Source: a virus | Taxonomy: Duplodnaviria > Heunggongvirae > Uroviricota > Caudoviricetes | Direction: 5' to 3' (one strand) | Virus record (IMG/VR): IMGVR_UViG_2913192161_000005 | Span: 1-32,770 of that record | Length of the DNA: 32,770 nt | Part shown: piece after piece, positions 16,900 to 26,167 of the stretch | Layout: the number at the start of each line of letters is the position of its first letter | Numbering within the stretch: the first letter of the stretch is position 1 | Notes under the pieces: generated by a model | Told to the model about the DNA's origin: nothing | What the model saw: the letters and a program-made list of their open reading frames with translations, nothing else | The model's database searches: none | Program-made: the position numbers and the translations under genes

Positions 16900-17329
16900 T
16901 GCCGTCACGGTGCTGAAAACCAGCCCCGAGATGCTGCGGATATTCGTGGATAACGGGAGTATTGCCTCCACACTGGCGACGTCGTTGTCATTCGAAAAGC
17001 GTTACACGCTCAATGTCATTGTGACCGACTTTACCGGTGATTTTGACCTGCTCATTGTGCCGGTGCTGGCGTGGCTGCGGGAAAATCAGCCCGACATCAT
17101 GACCACCGACGCAGGCCAGAAAAAGGGCTTCACGTTTTATGCAGACATCAACAATGACAGCAGCTTTGATATCAGCATCAGCCTGATGCTGACCGAGCGT
17201 ACGCTGGTTAGTGAGGTGGGCGGTGCGCTGCATGTGAAGAATATCCCGGAACCTCCGCCGCCGGAGCCGGTCACCCGCCCGATGGAGCTGTATATCAATG
17301 GCGAACTGGTGAGCAAGTGGGATGAATGA
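16862..17329 (+). CDS. R: Tail completion protein R, 155 aa
   Basis: ORF 16862..17329; size and position as P2 R. Confidence 0.88.
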   Translation: MLKPDSLRRALTDAVTVLKTSPEMLRIFVDNGSIASTLATSLSFEKRYTLNVIVTDFTGDFDLLIVPVLAWLRENQPDIMTTDAGQKKGFTFYADINNDSSFDISISLMLTERTLVSEVGGALHVKNIPEPPPPEPVTRPMELYINGELVSKWDE

Positions 17330-17774
17330 GTTTAAGCGTTTTGAAGACCGACTGACCGGACTGATTGAGTCGCTGTCACCGTCAGGGCGTCGGCGACTGA
17401 GTGCCGAACTGGCGAAACGTCTGCGGCAGAGTCAGCAGCGTCGGGTGATAGCACAGAAAGCCCCGGACGGCACACCCTACGCGCCACGCCAGCAGCAGAG
17501 CGCCAGAAAAAAGACCGGTCGCGTTAAGCGAAAAATGTTTGCGAAACTTATCACCAGTCGTTTTTTGCATATCCGCGCCAGCCCGGAGCAGGCATCAATG
17601 GAATTTTACGGCGGGAAGTCACCGAAAATCGCCAGCGTGCATCAGTTCGGTCTGTCGGAAGAAAACAGGAAAGACGGTAAGAAAATTGATTATCCGGCGC
17701 GTCCTCTGCTCGGCTTTACCGGTGAGGATGTGCAGATGATTGAAGAGATTATTCTGGCTCACCTGAATCGCTAG
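17322..17774 (+). CDS. S: Tail completion protein S, 150 aa
   Basis: ORF 17322..17774, overlapping R stop; size and position as P2 S. Confidence 0.88.
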   Translation: MNEFKRFEDRLTGLIESLSPSGRRRLSAELAKRLRQSQQRRVIAQKAPDGTPYAPRQQQSARKKTGRVKRKMFAKLITSRFLHIRASPEQASMEFYGGKSPKIASVHQFGLSEENRKDGKKIDYPARPLLGFTGEDVQMIEEIILAHLNR

Positions 17775-17848
17775 CTTTATTGATCTGAGAATATAAGAAT
17801 GAAATTATTTGATTTAGTATGATTTATTTTGAATCTTTACGTTAATAA

Positions 17849-17875
17849 ATAAAAGGCCAGTTATTGGCCTTTTAT
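17849..17875. terminator. Bidirectional intrinsic terminator between S and the minus-strand cargo gene
   Basis: Hairpin aaaaggcca-gttat-tggcctttt with A-run and T-run on either side; lies between the S stop (17774) and the cargo gene stop codon (17878-17880). Confidence 0.7.
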
Positions 17876-17877
17876 CA

Positions 17878-18951
17878 TTACTTGCCATTTTTCAATGCAT
17901 TGATTAACGATGCTATTTGTTCAATACCATCAAATGTAGATGGTATCTTATCATCGGATAGCATGATGTTCGAAAATACTACGTCTTCAAATTTTGAAAG
18001 AGCTTCTGGGTTGTTTTCCCTTATCTCTGAGGAATAGTCGCTATAACTCTGAATAAACTGACAAAGGCTCTTTCTGAGTTCTATTTGCATAATCTGAGTT
18101 CGTAACGATATGTGATTTATCAGTACAACTCTAAAGTAATACATGAAAATCAATGTGACTGATGCAAAAGGTAGTGCTGACATGAAATATGTGGCAGCAT
18201 TTGTCGTTTCGAGAGTTGGTAATTTATGCATTCCATAGTATATCAGCGGGGATGGGATGATTATAGCTAAGATGATAAGGATTATTCTTGATAGTAAAAT
18301 TTCACGTTCTTTCTTTTTGCCAAGTGAATTAAAGCCTTCAAACAATCCAACAAAATTAAATGCGACCTCATACCCTTTCAATGATTCTTTAATTGACTCT
18401 ATTTTGGTATGTTGTTCCTTTAAAAAGGACTCGCATTTTTCGAAAAATTGACGACCTTCGCTTAAACTATCAATATATTTTTTATATGTGTCCACATTGC
18501 CTGAGCTTAAAACTTCTTTAACCATTGCTAATGGTAGTTCTCTAAGAGAAAAGTCTATCTGTGCTCTGCTTTGTTCATCGAATTCATTATAGTTATACAG
18601 AGCGAAATCCTTGATGGTTTTTAGTGGTGAAAAGAAAGTATCTGTCTCAGGAGAGAGAATACTTGGCTCAATAATAAATCTAAAAAAACAAGTGAATATA
18701 AAATTGATGCTGTTGTTATCCTCTCCCTTTTCTTTTAATAAGTTTGTAAAGGTATTACCAATCCTGACAATGTTGTACTGGGATTTTTTGTCCCAATCTT
18801 CTGGGTTTTCAGAAATGAAGTCTATTGCTTGAGCAATTATTTTGTTTCTGTTTGATTCAAAGGTTGTGCTGGGTGTCAGCGTGTTCAAAAAGACCAGATA
18901 ATCTTTGAACAATTCTTTCATTGTTTTTGATGAGAAAAAGTAAGTGTTCAT
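17878..18951 (-). CDS. Cargo membrane protein at the orf30 locus, about 358 aa (start uncertain: 18951, 18921 or GTG 19047)
   Basis: ORF track 17878..19047 minus; the GTG at 19047 would overlap the V start, so ATG 18951 (MNTYFF...) or 18921 (MKELFK...) is more likely. Soluble N-terminal region of about 250 aa, then two hydrophobic helices (ILLSRIILIILAIIIPSPLIYYG, AATYFMSALPFASVTLIFMYYFRVVLI), then a C-terminal domain of about 80 aa. AT-rich, opposite strand to flanking late genes. Confidence 0.7.
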   Translation of the reverse strand: MNTYFFSSKTMKELFKDYLVFLNTLTPSTTFESNRNKIIAQAIDFISENPEDWDKKSQYNIVRIGNTFTNLLKEKGEDNNSINFIFTCFFRFIIEPSILSPETDTFFSPLKTIKDFALYNYNEFDEQSRAQIDFSLRELPLAMVKEVLSSGNVDTYKKYIDSLSEGRQFFEKCESFLKEQHTKIESIKESLKGYEVAFNFVGLFEGFNSLGKKKEREILLSRIILIILAIIIPSPLIYYGMHKLPTLETTNAATYFMSALPFASVTLIFMYYFRVVLINHISLRTQIMQIELRKSLCQFIQSYSDYSSEIRENNPEALSKFEDVVFSNIMLSDDKIPSTFDGIEQIASLINALKNGK

Positions 18952-19037
18952 TATGGATTTTGTTGTCCCTTGTTGTTCTGTGCACCAGAAATCGTTGCGT
19001 GATTTACTTCGGGATTGTACAGAATCATTATTCTCGA

Positions 19038-19667
19038 ATGAATACACAATACAATGAAATACTTCGCTTTATACGCAATATGATTCGCACCGGCATTATC
19101 GTCGAAACCGACCTTAACGCCGGTCGCTGCCGTGTGCAGACCGGCGGCATGTGCACCGACTGGCTTCAGTGGCTGACCCATCGCGCCGGACGTTCGCGCA
19201 CATGGTGGGCACCTTCCGTGGGGGAACAGGTGTTGATTCTGTCCGTGGGCGGTGAACTCGACACGGCGTTTGTTCTGCCGGGGATTTATTCCGGCGATAA
19301 TCCCGCGCCGTCTGCGTCGGCGGATGCCCTGCATATCCGTTTCCCTGACGGGGCGGTGATTGAGTATGAACCCGAAACCAGTGCACTTACGGTAAGCGGA
19401 ATTAAAACGGCCAGCGTGACGGCTTCTGATTCTGTTACCGCCACGGTGCCTGTGGTCATGGTGAAAGCATCAACCCGCGTCACCCTGGACACACCGGAGG
19501 TGGTCTGCACCAACAGGCTGATTACCGGCACGCTGGAAGTGCAGAAGGGCGGGACGATGCGCGGCAACATTGAACACACCGGCGGTGAACTCTCATCAAA
19601 CGGTAAGGTACTGCATACCCATAAACACCCCGGCGACAGCGGCGGCACAACCGGGAGTCCTCTATGA
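19038..19667 (+). CDS. V: Baseplate spike/assembly protein V, 209 aa
   Basis: ATG at 19038 within ORF 18921..19667; size close to P2 V; first gene of the V-W-J-I-H-G block. Confidence 0.88.
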   Translation: MNTQYNEILRFIRNMIRTGIIVETDLNAGRCRVQTGGMCTDWLQWLTHRAGRSRTWWAPSVGEQVLILSVGGELDTAFVLPGIYSGDNPAPSASADALHIRFPDGAVIEYEPETSALTVSGIKTASVTASDSVTATVPVVMVKASTRVTLDTPEVVCTNRLITGTLEVQKGGTMRGNIEHTGGELSSNGKVLHTHKHPGDSGGTTGSPL

Positions 19668-20011
19668 CAGCGCGTTATCTCGGAATGAATCGCAGTGATG
19701 GCCAGACTGTCACTGACCTTGAGCATATCAGCCAGAGTATCGGCGATATCCTGCGCACACCGGTCGGCTCACGGGTGATGCGTCGTGATTACGGCTCGTT
19801 GCTGGCATCAATGATTGACCAGCCGCAGACCCCGGCGCTTGAGTTGCAGATTAAGGTCGCCTGTTACATGGCGGTGCTGAAATGGGAACCCCGAGTCACC
19901 CTGTCATCCGTCACCACTGAGCGCAGTTTTGACGGGCGAATGACGGTCACGTTAACCGGCCAGCACAACGACACCGGCCAGCCACTTTCGTTAACCATCC
20001 CTGTGAGTTGA
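19664..20011 (+). CDS. W: Baseplate protein W (gp25-like), 115 aa
   Basis: ORF 19664..20011 overlapping V stop (ATGA); size as P2 W. Confidence 0.88.
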   Translation: MTARYLGMNRSDGQTVTDLEHISQSIGDILRTPVGSRVMRRDYGSLLASMIDQPQTPALELQIKVACYMAVLKWEPRVTLSSVTTERSFDGRMTVTLTGQHNDTGQPLSLTIPVS

Positions 20012-20015
20012 AACC

Positions 20016-20924
20016 ATGCCGATTATCGACCTGAACCAGCTACCCGCACCGGATGTGGTCGAGGAGCTGGACTTTGAAACCATTCTTGCCGAACGCAAGG
20101 CGACACTGATTTCCCTTTACCCGGAAGACCAGCAGGAGGCGGTCGCCCGTACCCTGACGCTGGAATCTGAGCCTCTCGTCAAACTGCTGGAGGAAAATGC
20201 TTATCGTGAGCTTATCTGGCGTCAGCGTGTGAATGAGGCTGCACGGGCGGTGATGCTGGCCTGTGCAGCCGGTAATGACCTTGATGTGATTGGTGCCAAT
20301 TACAACACCACGCGCCTGATTATCACCCCGGCAGATGATTCGACCATCCCGCCGACACCGGCAGTGATGGAATCTGACACCGATTATCGTCTGCGTATTC
20401 AGCAGGCGTTTGAAGGTTTAAGCGTCGCCGGGTCGGTGGGTGCCTATCAGTATCATGGCCGCAGTGCCGACGGGCGTGTCGCGGATATCTCTGTCACCAG
20501 TCCGTCTCCGGCCTGCGTCACCATCTCTGTGCTGTCACGTGAAAATAACGGCGTCGCATCCGAAGACCTGCTGGCTGTGGTGCGTAACGCCCTTAATGGC
20601 GAGGACGTCAGGCCGGTGGCCGACCGCGTGACCGTGCAGTCTGCCGCCATCGTTGAATACCAGATAAACGCCACGCTTTACCTTTACCCTGGTCCCGAAA
20701 GCGAACCCATCCGCGCTGCCGCCGTGAAAAAACTAGAAGCGTACATCACGGCACAGCACCGGCTGGGGCGCGACATCCGTCTGTCTGCCATTTATGCCGC
20801 TTTGCATGTGGAAGGCGTGCAGCGTGTCGAGCTGGCCGCACCACTGGCCGACATTGTGCTCAACAGTACGCAGGCGTCTTTCTGTACCGAATACAGCGTC
20901 GTGACCGGAGGCTCGGATGAGTGA
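20016..20924 (+). CDS. J: Baseplate protein J, 302 aa
   Basis: ORF 20016..20924; size and position as P2 J. Confidence 0.9.
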   Translation: MPIIDLNQLPAPDVVEELDFETILAERKATLISLYPEDQQEAVARTLTLESEPLVKLLEENAYRELIWRQRVNEAARAVMLACAAGNDLDVIGANYNTTRLIITPADDSTIPPTPAVMESDTDYRLRIQQAFEGLSVAGSVGAYQYHGRSADGRVADISVTSPSPACVTISVLSRENNGVASEDLLAVVRNALNGEDVRPVADRVTVQSAAIVEYQINATLYLYPGPESEPIRAAAVKKLEAYITAQHRLGRDIRLSAIYAALHVEGVQRVELAAPLADIVLNSTQASFCTEYSVVTGGSDE

Positions 20925-21447
20925 TTCGCGACTGCTGCCGACCGGCTCATCACCGCTTGAAGTTGCCGCCGCAAAAGCCTGTGCGGAAATTGAAAAAACA
21001 CCGGTCAGTATTCGTGAGCTGTGGAACCCGGACTCCTGTCCGGCAAATCTGCTGCCGTGGCTGGCGTGGGCGTTTTCGGTCGACAGGTGGGATGAAAAGT
21101 GGCCGGAAGCGACAAAACGCGCCGTTATCCGCGATGCGTATTTCATCCACTGTCATAAAGGCACTATCGGCGCAATCCGGCGTGTGGTGGAGCCGCTCGG
21201 CTATCTCATTAACGTAAAGGAATGGTGGGAGACAAACGACCCGCCCGGAACCTTCCGCCTTGATATCGGCGTACTGGAAAGCGGCATCACGGAGGAGATG
21301 TATCTGGAAATGGAACGGCTGATTGCCGATGCCAAACCCGCAAGTCGCCACCTTATCGGTCTGAACATTATCCAGGACATTCCCGGCTATCTGTATACAG
21401 GCGGTGTGGTCTGTGATGGTGATGTTATTACTGTTTATCCCGGATAA
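20917..21447 (+). CDS. I: Baseplate/tail protein I, 176 aa
   Basis: ORF 20917..21447 overlapping J; size and position as P2 I. Confidence 0.9.
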   Translation: MSDSRLLPTGSSPLEVAAAKACAEIEKTPVSIRELWNPDSCPANLLPWLAWAFSVDRWDEKWPEATKRAVIRDAYFIHCHKGTIGAIRRVVEPLGYLINVKEWWETNDPPGTFRLDIGVLESGITEEMYLEMERLIADAKPASRHLIGLNIIQDIPGYLYTGGVVCDGDVITVYPG

Positions 21448-21457
21448 GTGAGAAACA

Positions 21458-24082
21458 ATGAGCACGAAATTTAAAACCGTTATCACTACTGCCGGAGCCG
21501 CAAAGCTGGCAGCCGCCACTGTCCCCGGCGGGAAAAAAGTAAACCTGTCTGCAATGGCCGTGGGTGACGGTAATGGCAAATTGCCGGTGCCGGATGCCGG
21601 TCAGACGAAACTGGTGCATGAGGTCTGGCGTCATGCTCTGAATAAAGTCAGCGTGGATAATAAGAATAAAAACTATATCGTGGCTGAACTGGTTGTACCG
21701 CCCGAAGTGGGCGGCTTCTGGATGCGTGAGCTTGGTCTGTATGACGATGCCGGAACACTGATTGCGGTATCCAACATGGCAGAAAGCTATAAACCAGAAC
21801 TGGCTGAAGGCTCCGGACGTGCGCAGACCTGCCGCATGGTTATTATTCTCAGCAATGTGGCGTCCGTTGAGCTGAGTATTGATGCCAGCACAGTGATGGC
21901 GACGCAGGATTATGTCGATGACAAAATCGCAGAGCATGAGCAGTCCCGCCGCCATCCTGACGCCACGCTGACAGAAAAAGGTTTTACTCAGTTAAGCAGT
22001 GCAACAAACAGCACCAGTGAAAAGCTGGCGGCAACGCCAAAGGCAGTAAAAGCAGCCTATGACAATGCTGAGAAACGTCTGCAGAAAGACCAGAACGGTG
22101 GCGATATTCCAGATAAGGGCGCTTTTCTGGACAATATTGGCGTTACCAGCCTGACGTTTATGAAACACAATGGAATGATTCCAACCACTGACAATCTTGA
22201 CTCCTATGGCCCAGAAGAAAAATATCTTGGAACGTGGTCATGTCCGTCACAATCCACTGCAAAACCAGAGTCTGGTTACCCTGAAGATAAAGGCAATGGG
22301 GTTCTGGAAGTATTCAATGCTGGTCGCTTTCACTGCACACAACGCTACACCACCCGAACCGGTAATATTTACATTCGGATGCTTGATGCAGAATGGAACC
22401 CTGTCAGTCCTGTATGGAGTGCATGGAGAGTTATTACAAGCGGGACTCGCCCATTAAGCACGTCAATTGACCTGAATTCTTTAGGTGGTGCGGAACACCT
22501 GGGAATATGGCGCAATAGCAGTACATCAATAGCCTCATTTGACCGTCATTTCCCGGAGGAAGGGAGTTTTGGGCAGGGTATTCTGGAAGTCTTTGAAGGC
22601 GGTCTGTATGGGAGGATGCAACGTTACACCACCCGTAGTGGGACTATGTACATTCGCGGACTGACTGCCTCATGGGATGCAGAAAATCCACAATGGGAGG
22701 ACTGGATTGCTGTTGGGTATCAGTCCACGGGATGGACTTATTCAGGGGATCTTGATGACCTTTTAAAGCCTGGTATTTATAGCGTTACGAAACAGGCCAC
22801 AAATGCACCTGTCACCGACTCTAAAGATCTTGCTGTTGGCTCAATAGTTGAAGTGAAAAAACGTTGTGATATTGAATCGTATATCCAGACATACACGACT
22901 GTTTCAGCAACGGATGCCTATAAAAACCGGACATTTCAGCGAACCCGCGCCAGCGGTGAAACTGACTGGGGGGAATGGGCGGAAGTATACAACTCAAAAT
23001 CATTACTCACTAAATTAGGTGTCGGCGGTGTTACCGACAGGTTATCCAGTCTGGACTGGCAGACCTACGACTTTATACCGGGCAGCATGATAACTGTCAG
23101 GCTTTCAGATATGACCAATATTCCCGATGGGATGGAATGGGGCGTCATTGATACTAACCTGATAAATATCACTGTTGGCCCCAGTGAAGGCGGAGGTGTC
23201 GCCCGTTCAATGCAGGTATGGCGCAGCACTTCAAACAAAACCAACTATCGTTTTTTTACAGTCCGCTTATATGGAAATCCTGGGGAGCGTAGCTTCAATA
23301 TTCGTCGGCTACCAATTATCGACGAAGCCCAGACATGGGAGGCAAAACAGACATTCAGTGCAGGCCTTTCTGGTGAACTGTCCGGCAATGCGGCTACAGC
23401 AACAAAGCTGAAAACGGCAAGGACAATTAACGGCGTAAAATTTGACGGCTCGGCAAATATTGAAGCGTTTCCGCCTGGTGTTCCGCTGCCGTGGCCATCA
23501 GATACACCACCTGCGGGCTATGCAATTATGCAGGGGCAGACGTTTGATAAGGCAGCATATCCGAAACTGGCTATAGCCTATCCTTCTGGTGTTATTCCAG
23601 ATATGCGCGGCTGGACAATCAAGGGCAAACCCGCCAGTGGGCGTGCCGTATTGTCACAGGAACAGGACGGGATTAAATCGCATACTCACAGCGCCAGTGC
23701 GTCAAATACGGATTTGGGAACGAAAACAACCAGTTCATTTGATTACGGCACGAAGACAGTCAGTACGTTTAACTACGGAACAAAAACCACTAATACCACA
23801 GGTAACCATACACATACCATTTACAGAGGGAATGCCAATACTAATGGTGAAACCGGTAAAACAGGCTTTGACAACCCATCGTTTAATGGCACATCAGGAG
23901 CTGCCGGGAATCATGCCCACACGGTAGATATTGGAGCACATAACCATACTGTTGGTATTGGTGCACATTCACACACGGTTGCTATTGGCTCACACGGGCA
24001 CTCTATTACCGTTAATGCTACAGGTAATACCGAAAACACCGTCAAAAACATCGCATTTAACTATATTGTGAGGCTTGCATAA
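21458..24082 (+). CDS. H: Tail fibre protein H, 874 aa (P2-like N-terminus, divergent distal part)
   Basis: ORF 21458..24082. N-terminal roughly 200 aa ([25 protein letters not shown]...[43 protein letters not shown]) matches my recollection of P2 H. C-terminus has His-x-His-rich repeats ([36 protein letters not shown]) typical of fibre tips. Longer than the size I recall for P2 H. Confidence 0.9.
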   Translation: MSTKFKTVITTAGAAKLAAATVPGGKKVNLSAMAVGDGNGKLPVPDAGQTKLVHEVWRHALNKVSVDNKNKNYIVAELVVPPEVGGFWMRELGLYDDAGTLIAVSNMAESYKPELAEGSGRAQTCRMVIILSNVASVELSIDASTVMATQDYVDDKIAEHEQSRRHPDATLTEKGFTQLSSATNSTSEKLAATPKAVKAAYDNAEKRLQKDQNGGDIPDKGAFLDNIGVTSLTFMKHNGMIPTTDNLDSYGPEEKYLGTWSCPSQSTAKPESGYPEDKGNGVLEVFNAGRFHCTQRYTTRTGNIYIRMLDAEWNPVSPVWSAWRVITSGTRPLSTSIDLNSLGGAEHLGIWRNSSTSIASFDRHFPEEGSFGQGILEVFEGGLYGRMQRYTTRSGTMYIRGLTASWDAENPQWEDWIAVGYQSTGWTYSGDLDDLLKPGIYSVTKQATNAPVTDSKDLAVGSIVEVKKRCDIESYIQTYTTVSATDAYKNRTFQRTRASGETDWGEWAEVYNSKSLLTKLGVGGVTDRLSSLDWQTYDFIPGSMITVRLSDMTNIPDGMEWGVIDTNLINITVGPSEGGGVARSMQVWRSTSNKTNYRFFTVRLYGNPGERSFNIRRLPIIDEAQTWEAKQTFSAGLSGELSGNAATATKLKTARTINGVKFDGSANIEAFPPGVPLPWPSDTPPAGYAIMQGQTFDKAAYPKLAIAYPSGVIPDMRGWTIKGKPASGRAVLSQEQDGIKSHTHSASASNTDLGTKTTSSFDYGTKTVSTFNYGTKTTNTTGNHTHTIYRGNANTNGETGKTGFDNPSFNGTSGAAGNHAHTVDIGAHNHTVGIGAHSHTVAIGSHGHSITVNATGNTENTVKNIAFNYIVRLA

Positions 24083-24660
24083 TGGCTTTCAGAATGAGTG
24101 CAGAAGCACAAACTATCCGCGTTTTCAATTTACTTGATGGAACCAATGAATTTATTGGCGAAAGTGATGCATATATTCCGCCGCATACAGGTCTGCCTGC
24201 AAACAGTACAGATATTACACCACCTGATATTCCGGCGGGTTTTGCTGCCGTTTTCAATGCAGATGAAATGAAATGGGAACTGATGGAAGACCATCGCGGA
24301 AAGACTGTCTATGAAACGAAAACGGGAGCAGCCATTTATATTTCTGAACTTGGCGCATTACCTCCAGACGTGACAGCCATTTCCCCGGAGGGGGATTATC
24401 AGAAATGGAACGGCAATGCGTGGGTGAATGATGAGAATGCAGAGCGTGATGCGCTTGTCAGAGCGGCTGACTCTCAGAAGAAAGAGCTGATTGCATATGC
24501 AGGTGAAATTATTGCCACGCTGCAGGATGCTGTCGATTTAGATATGGCTACCGAGGAAGAAAAGTTAAGCCTGACACACTGGAAAAAATACCGTGTGTTA
24601 CTGAATCGCGTTCAGCCGGAAGATGCTCCGGATATAGAATGGCCGGAAATGCCGCAATAA
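24082..24660 (+). CDS. G: Tail fibre assembly chaperone G, 192 aa
   Basis: ORF 24082..24660 starting at the H stop (TAATG); position as P2 G. Confidence 0.85.
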   Translation: MAFRMSAEAQTIRVFNLLDGTNEFIGESDAYIPPHTGLPANSTDITPPDIPAGFAAVFNADEMKWELMEDHRGKTVYETKTGAAIYISELGALPPDVTAISPEGDYQKWNGNAWVNDENAERDALVRAADSQKKELIAYAGEIIATLQDAVDLDMATEEEKLSLTHWKKYRVLLNRVQPEDAPDIEWPEMPQ

Positions 24661-24759
24661 ATTGTAGAAGCTCTGATGTGAGTTTATACATCTATGGCAC
24701 AGAGTAAAAAATAATCTGACAGTTCGCTCTGTGCCAAAAGCAGAATTTACCTCTTACGA

Positions 24760-25866
24760 TTATACACCATGTAAAAAACGGTTATTTCTTCGTCGCTCTC
24801 CCTCGCTGCTAACTTCATTAAAAAATCCTCTGCTAACATCATCAGAAACATCAATAATGTGTTTTAACGCAGAAAGGGTCTCAAATTGCTTGCTCGTTAA
24901 GGCTGACTTATCAATCGCTAATTGCTCGTCATTTACATCTTTTAAGTAAGAAAAATACTTACCCAAAAAGCCTGCGATAACATCAGATAGTTGGACAGCC
25001 TCTGAGTCGTGGGATTTAACGAATTCATGATTCTGTATTGGTATGCCATTTTCAGTTAACGGGAAGTTTTTAACTTCATCTTGAATGCTTTTTTCTTCAT
25101 CAAATATGTGAATGGAATTTTTAAATAGATACAAGTTTCTTAAATAGAATACCATAAAGCTATCGATCAGTTCTCGACCATGAAATCCCGATATGAACGG
25201 TAGTTCTTCGATTTTTAGAGATTCTTTAACCAAATTTTCGAGTGCGAGTGCTCGAAAATCTGGTAGCATACAACTGTGCATGCATGTAAAATCGATAAGC
25301 CAGAGGCAAAACTCATAAACTTTTTCTTCTGGAATATCGGGGTAGTTAAATTTATGTAGAGCATTCAGGAAAACATCGGGATTGCTATTGGCAAGCTCAT
25401 AAAAATCGCTCTTAAATGACATGTGGTTCATGATATAAAAAGGATTGTGTAGCTCTCCAATAATAGAATCAACAATGTCAATAATAGACCAGTATGTGAC
25501 ATTAAGATTAAAATAATGGATATAGAAATTGTTTTCGATAAGCCAGTTTAGAATAATTAAAATCTTATCAGATTTAAGCATGTCCAAAAAACTACCCTTA
25601 GCAATATGTCTGAGTTTTAACTCATGGGCACTTTTTTGAAGATTAAGCTTTTGAAATAGGGTTGAATAATCGCTGTCAGTGCTTAACCCTTTGTGTAGTA
25701 TTCCTGCAAGGATGAAATTATCCGCCTTTACAACATTGAAACCAGAATCTTTTAAATATAGTTTTCGAATGTTATTCGTTTCATCATAATAAAACGTATA
25801 GACTTCATCAGTATTTTGAAGACCATTATGCTTGATAAGTAACTCTCTAAGTTCATTGACATCCAT
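24760..25866 (-). CDS. Cargo protein at the Z/fun locus, 368 aa, with DUF3800-like motifs (tentative)
   Basis: ORF 24760..25866 minus, ATG at 25866. AT-rich; opposite strand to G and FI. N-terminal YTFYYDETNN and C-terminal VQLSDVIAGFLG resemble the D-E-S and Q..D motif pair I associate with DUF3800; unverified. Confidence 0.75.
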   Translation of the reverse strand: MDVNELRELLIKHNGLQNTDEVYTFYYDETNNIRKLYLKDSGFNVVKADNFILAGILHKGLSTDSDYSTLFQKLNLQKSAHELKLRHIAKGSFLDMLKSDKILIILNWLIENNFYIHYFNLNVTYWSIIDIVDSIIGELHNPFYIMNHMSFKSDFYELANSNPDVFLNALHKFNYPDIPEEKVYEFCLWLIDFTCMHSCMLPDFRALALENLVKESLKIEELPFISGFHGRELIDSFMVFYLRNLYLFKNSIHIFDEEKSIQDEVKNFPLTENGIPIQNHEFVKSHDSEAVQLSDVIAGFLGKYFSYLKDVNDEQLAIDKSALTSKQFETLSALKHIIDVSDDVSRGFFNEVSSEGERRRNNRFLHGV

Positions 25867-26036
25867 TTTATTCCCCTAATGCAATTCTCAAACTAAGATT
25901 AATTTCAGTAATCATCATATAAAGTTAGCCTAACAAACATATTAATGAATGTCTGCTATTCGCTCAAGGCAGACTGTCAGATTTAATAGCGTTTTGATTA
26001 TGTAACTTGTCAGCTGGAAGCTAAGTGAGAACAAAT

Positions 26037-26071
26037 AAAGAAAAGGCGGGCTGATTGCCCGTCTTTTCTTT
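26037..26071. terminator. Bidirectional intrinsic terminator / insulator between the Z/fun cargo island and FI
   Basis: Long hairpin aaagaaaaggcgggc-tgatt-gcccgtcttttcttt (about 15 bp of stem with one G-U), with A/T runs on both sides. Confidence 0.6.
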
Positions 26072-26167
26072 ATCTGTTGTTTCATTCACTGACCAGCCAG
26101 GTCAAATAGCGTCTCATGCACTGCCCAACAGAAAATAGTTGTACCCATTAACCACGGAGTTAAACGG

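Noticed and set aside
18257-18832. Two short plus-strand ORFs (18257..18451, 18611..18832) inside the orf30-locus cargo gene
   Set aside because: Antisense to and nested within the 358-aa minus-strand ORF; no start signals.
18952-19037. Ogr-dependent late promoter upstream of V, and likewise the divergent P/O promoters in 11402..11574
   Set aside because: I searched by eye for the TGT-N12-ACA dyad associated with P2 late promoters and found no exact match, so no promoter coordinates are called; late promoters are expected here from P2 organisation but not demonstrated.
17878-19047. Full-length 389-aa version of the orf30-locus cargo gene starting at GTG 19047
   Set aside because: That start would overlap the first codons of V on the opposite strand and has no recognisable ribosome-binding site; in-frame ATGs at 18951 or 18921 are more plausible, though the exact start remains uncertain.
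24731-24949. 72-aa plus-strand ORF overlapping the 3' end of the Z/fun-locus cargo gene
   Set aside because: Antisense to a much longer, better-supported ORF; AT-rich DNA yields such short frames by chance.
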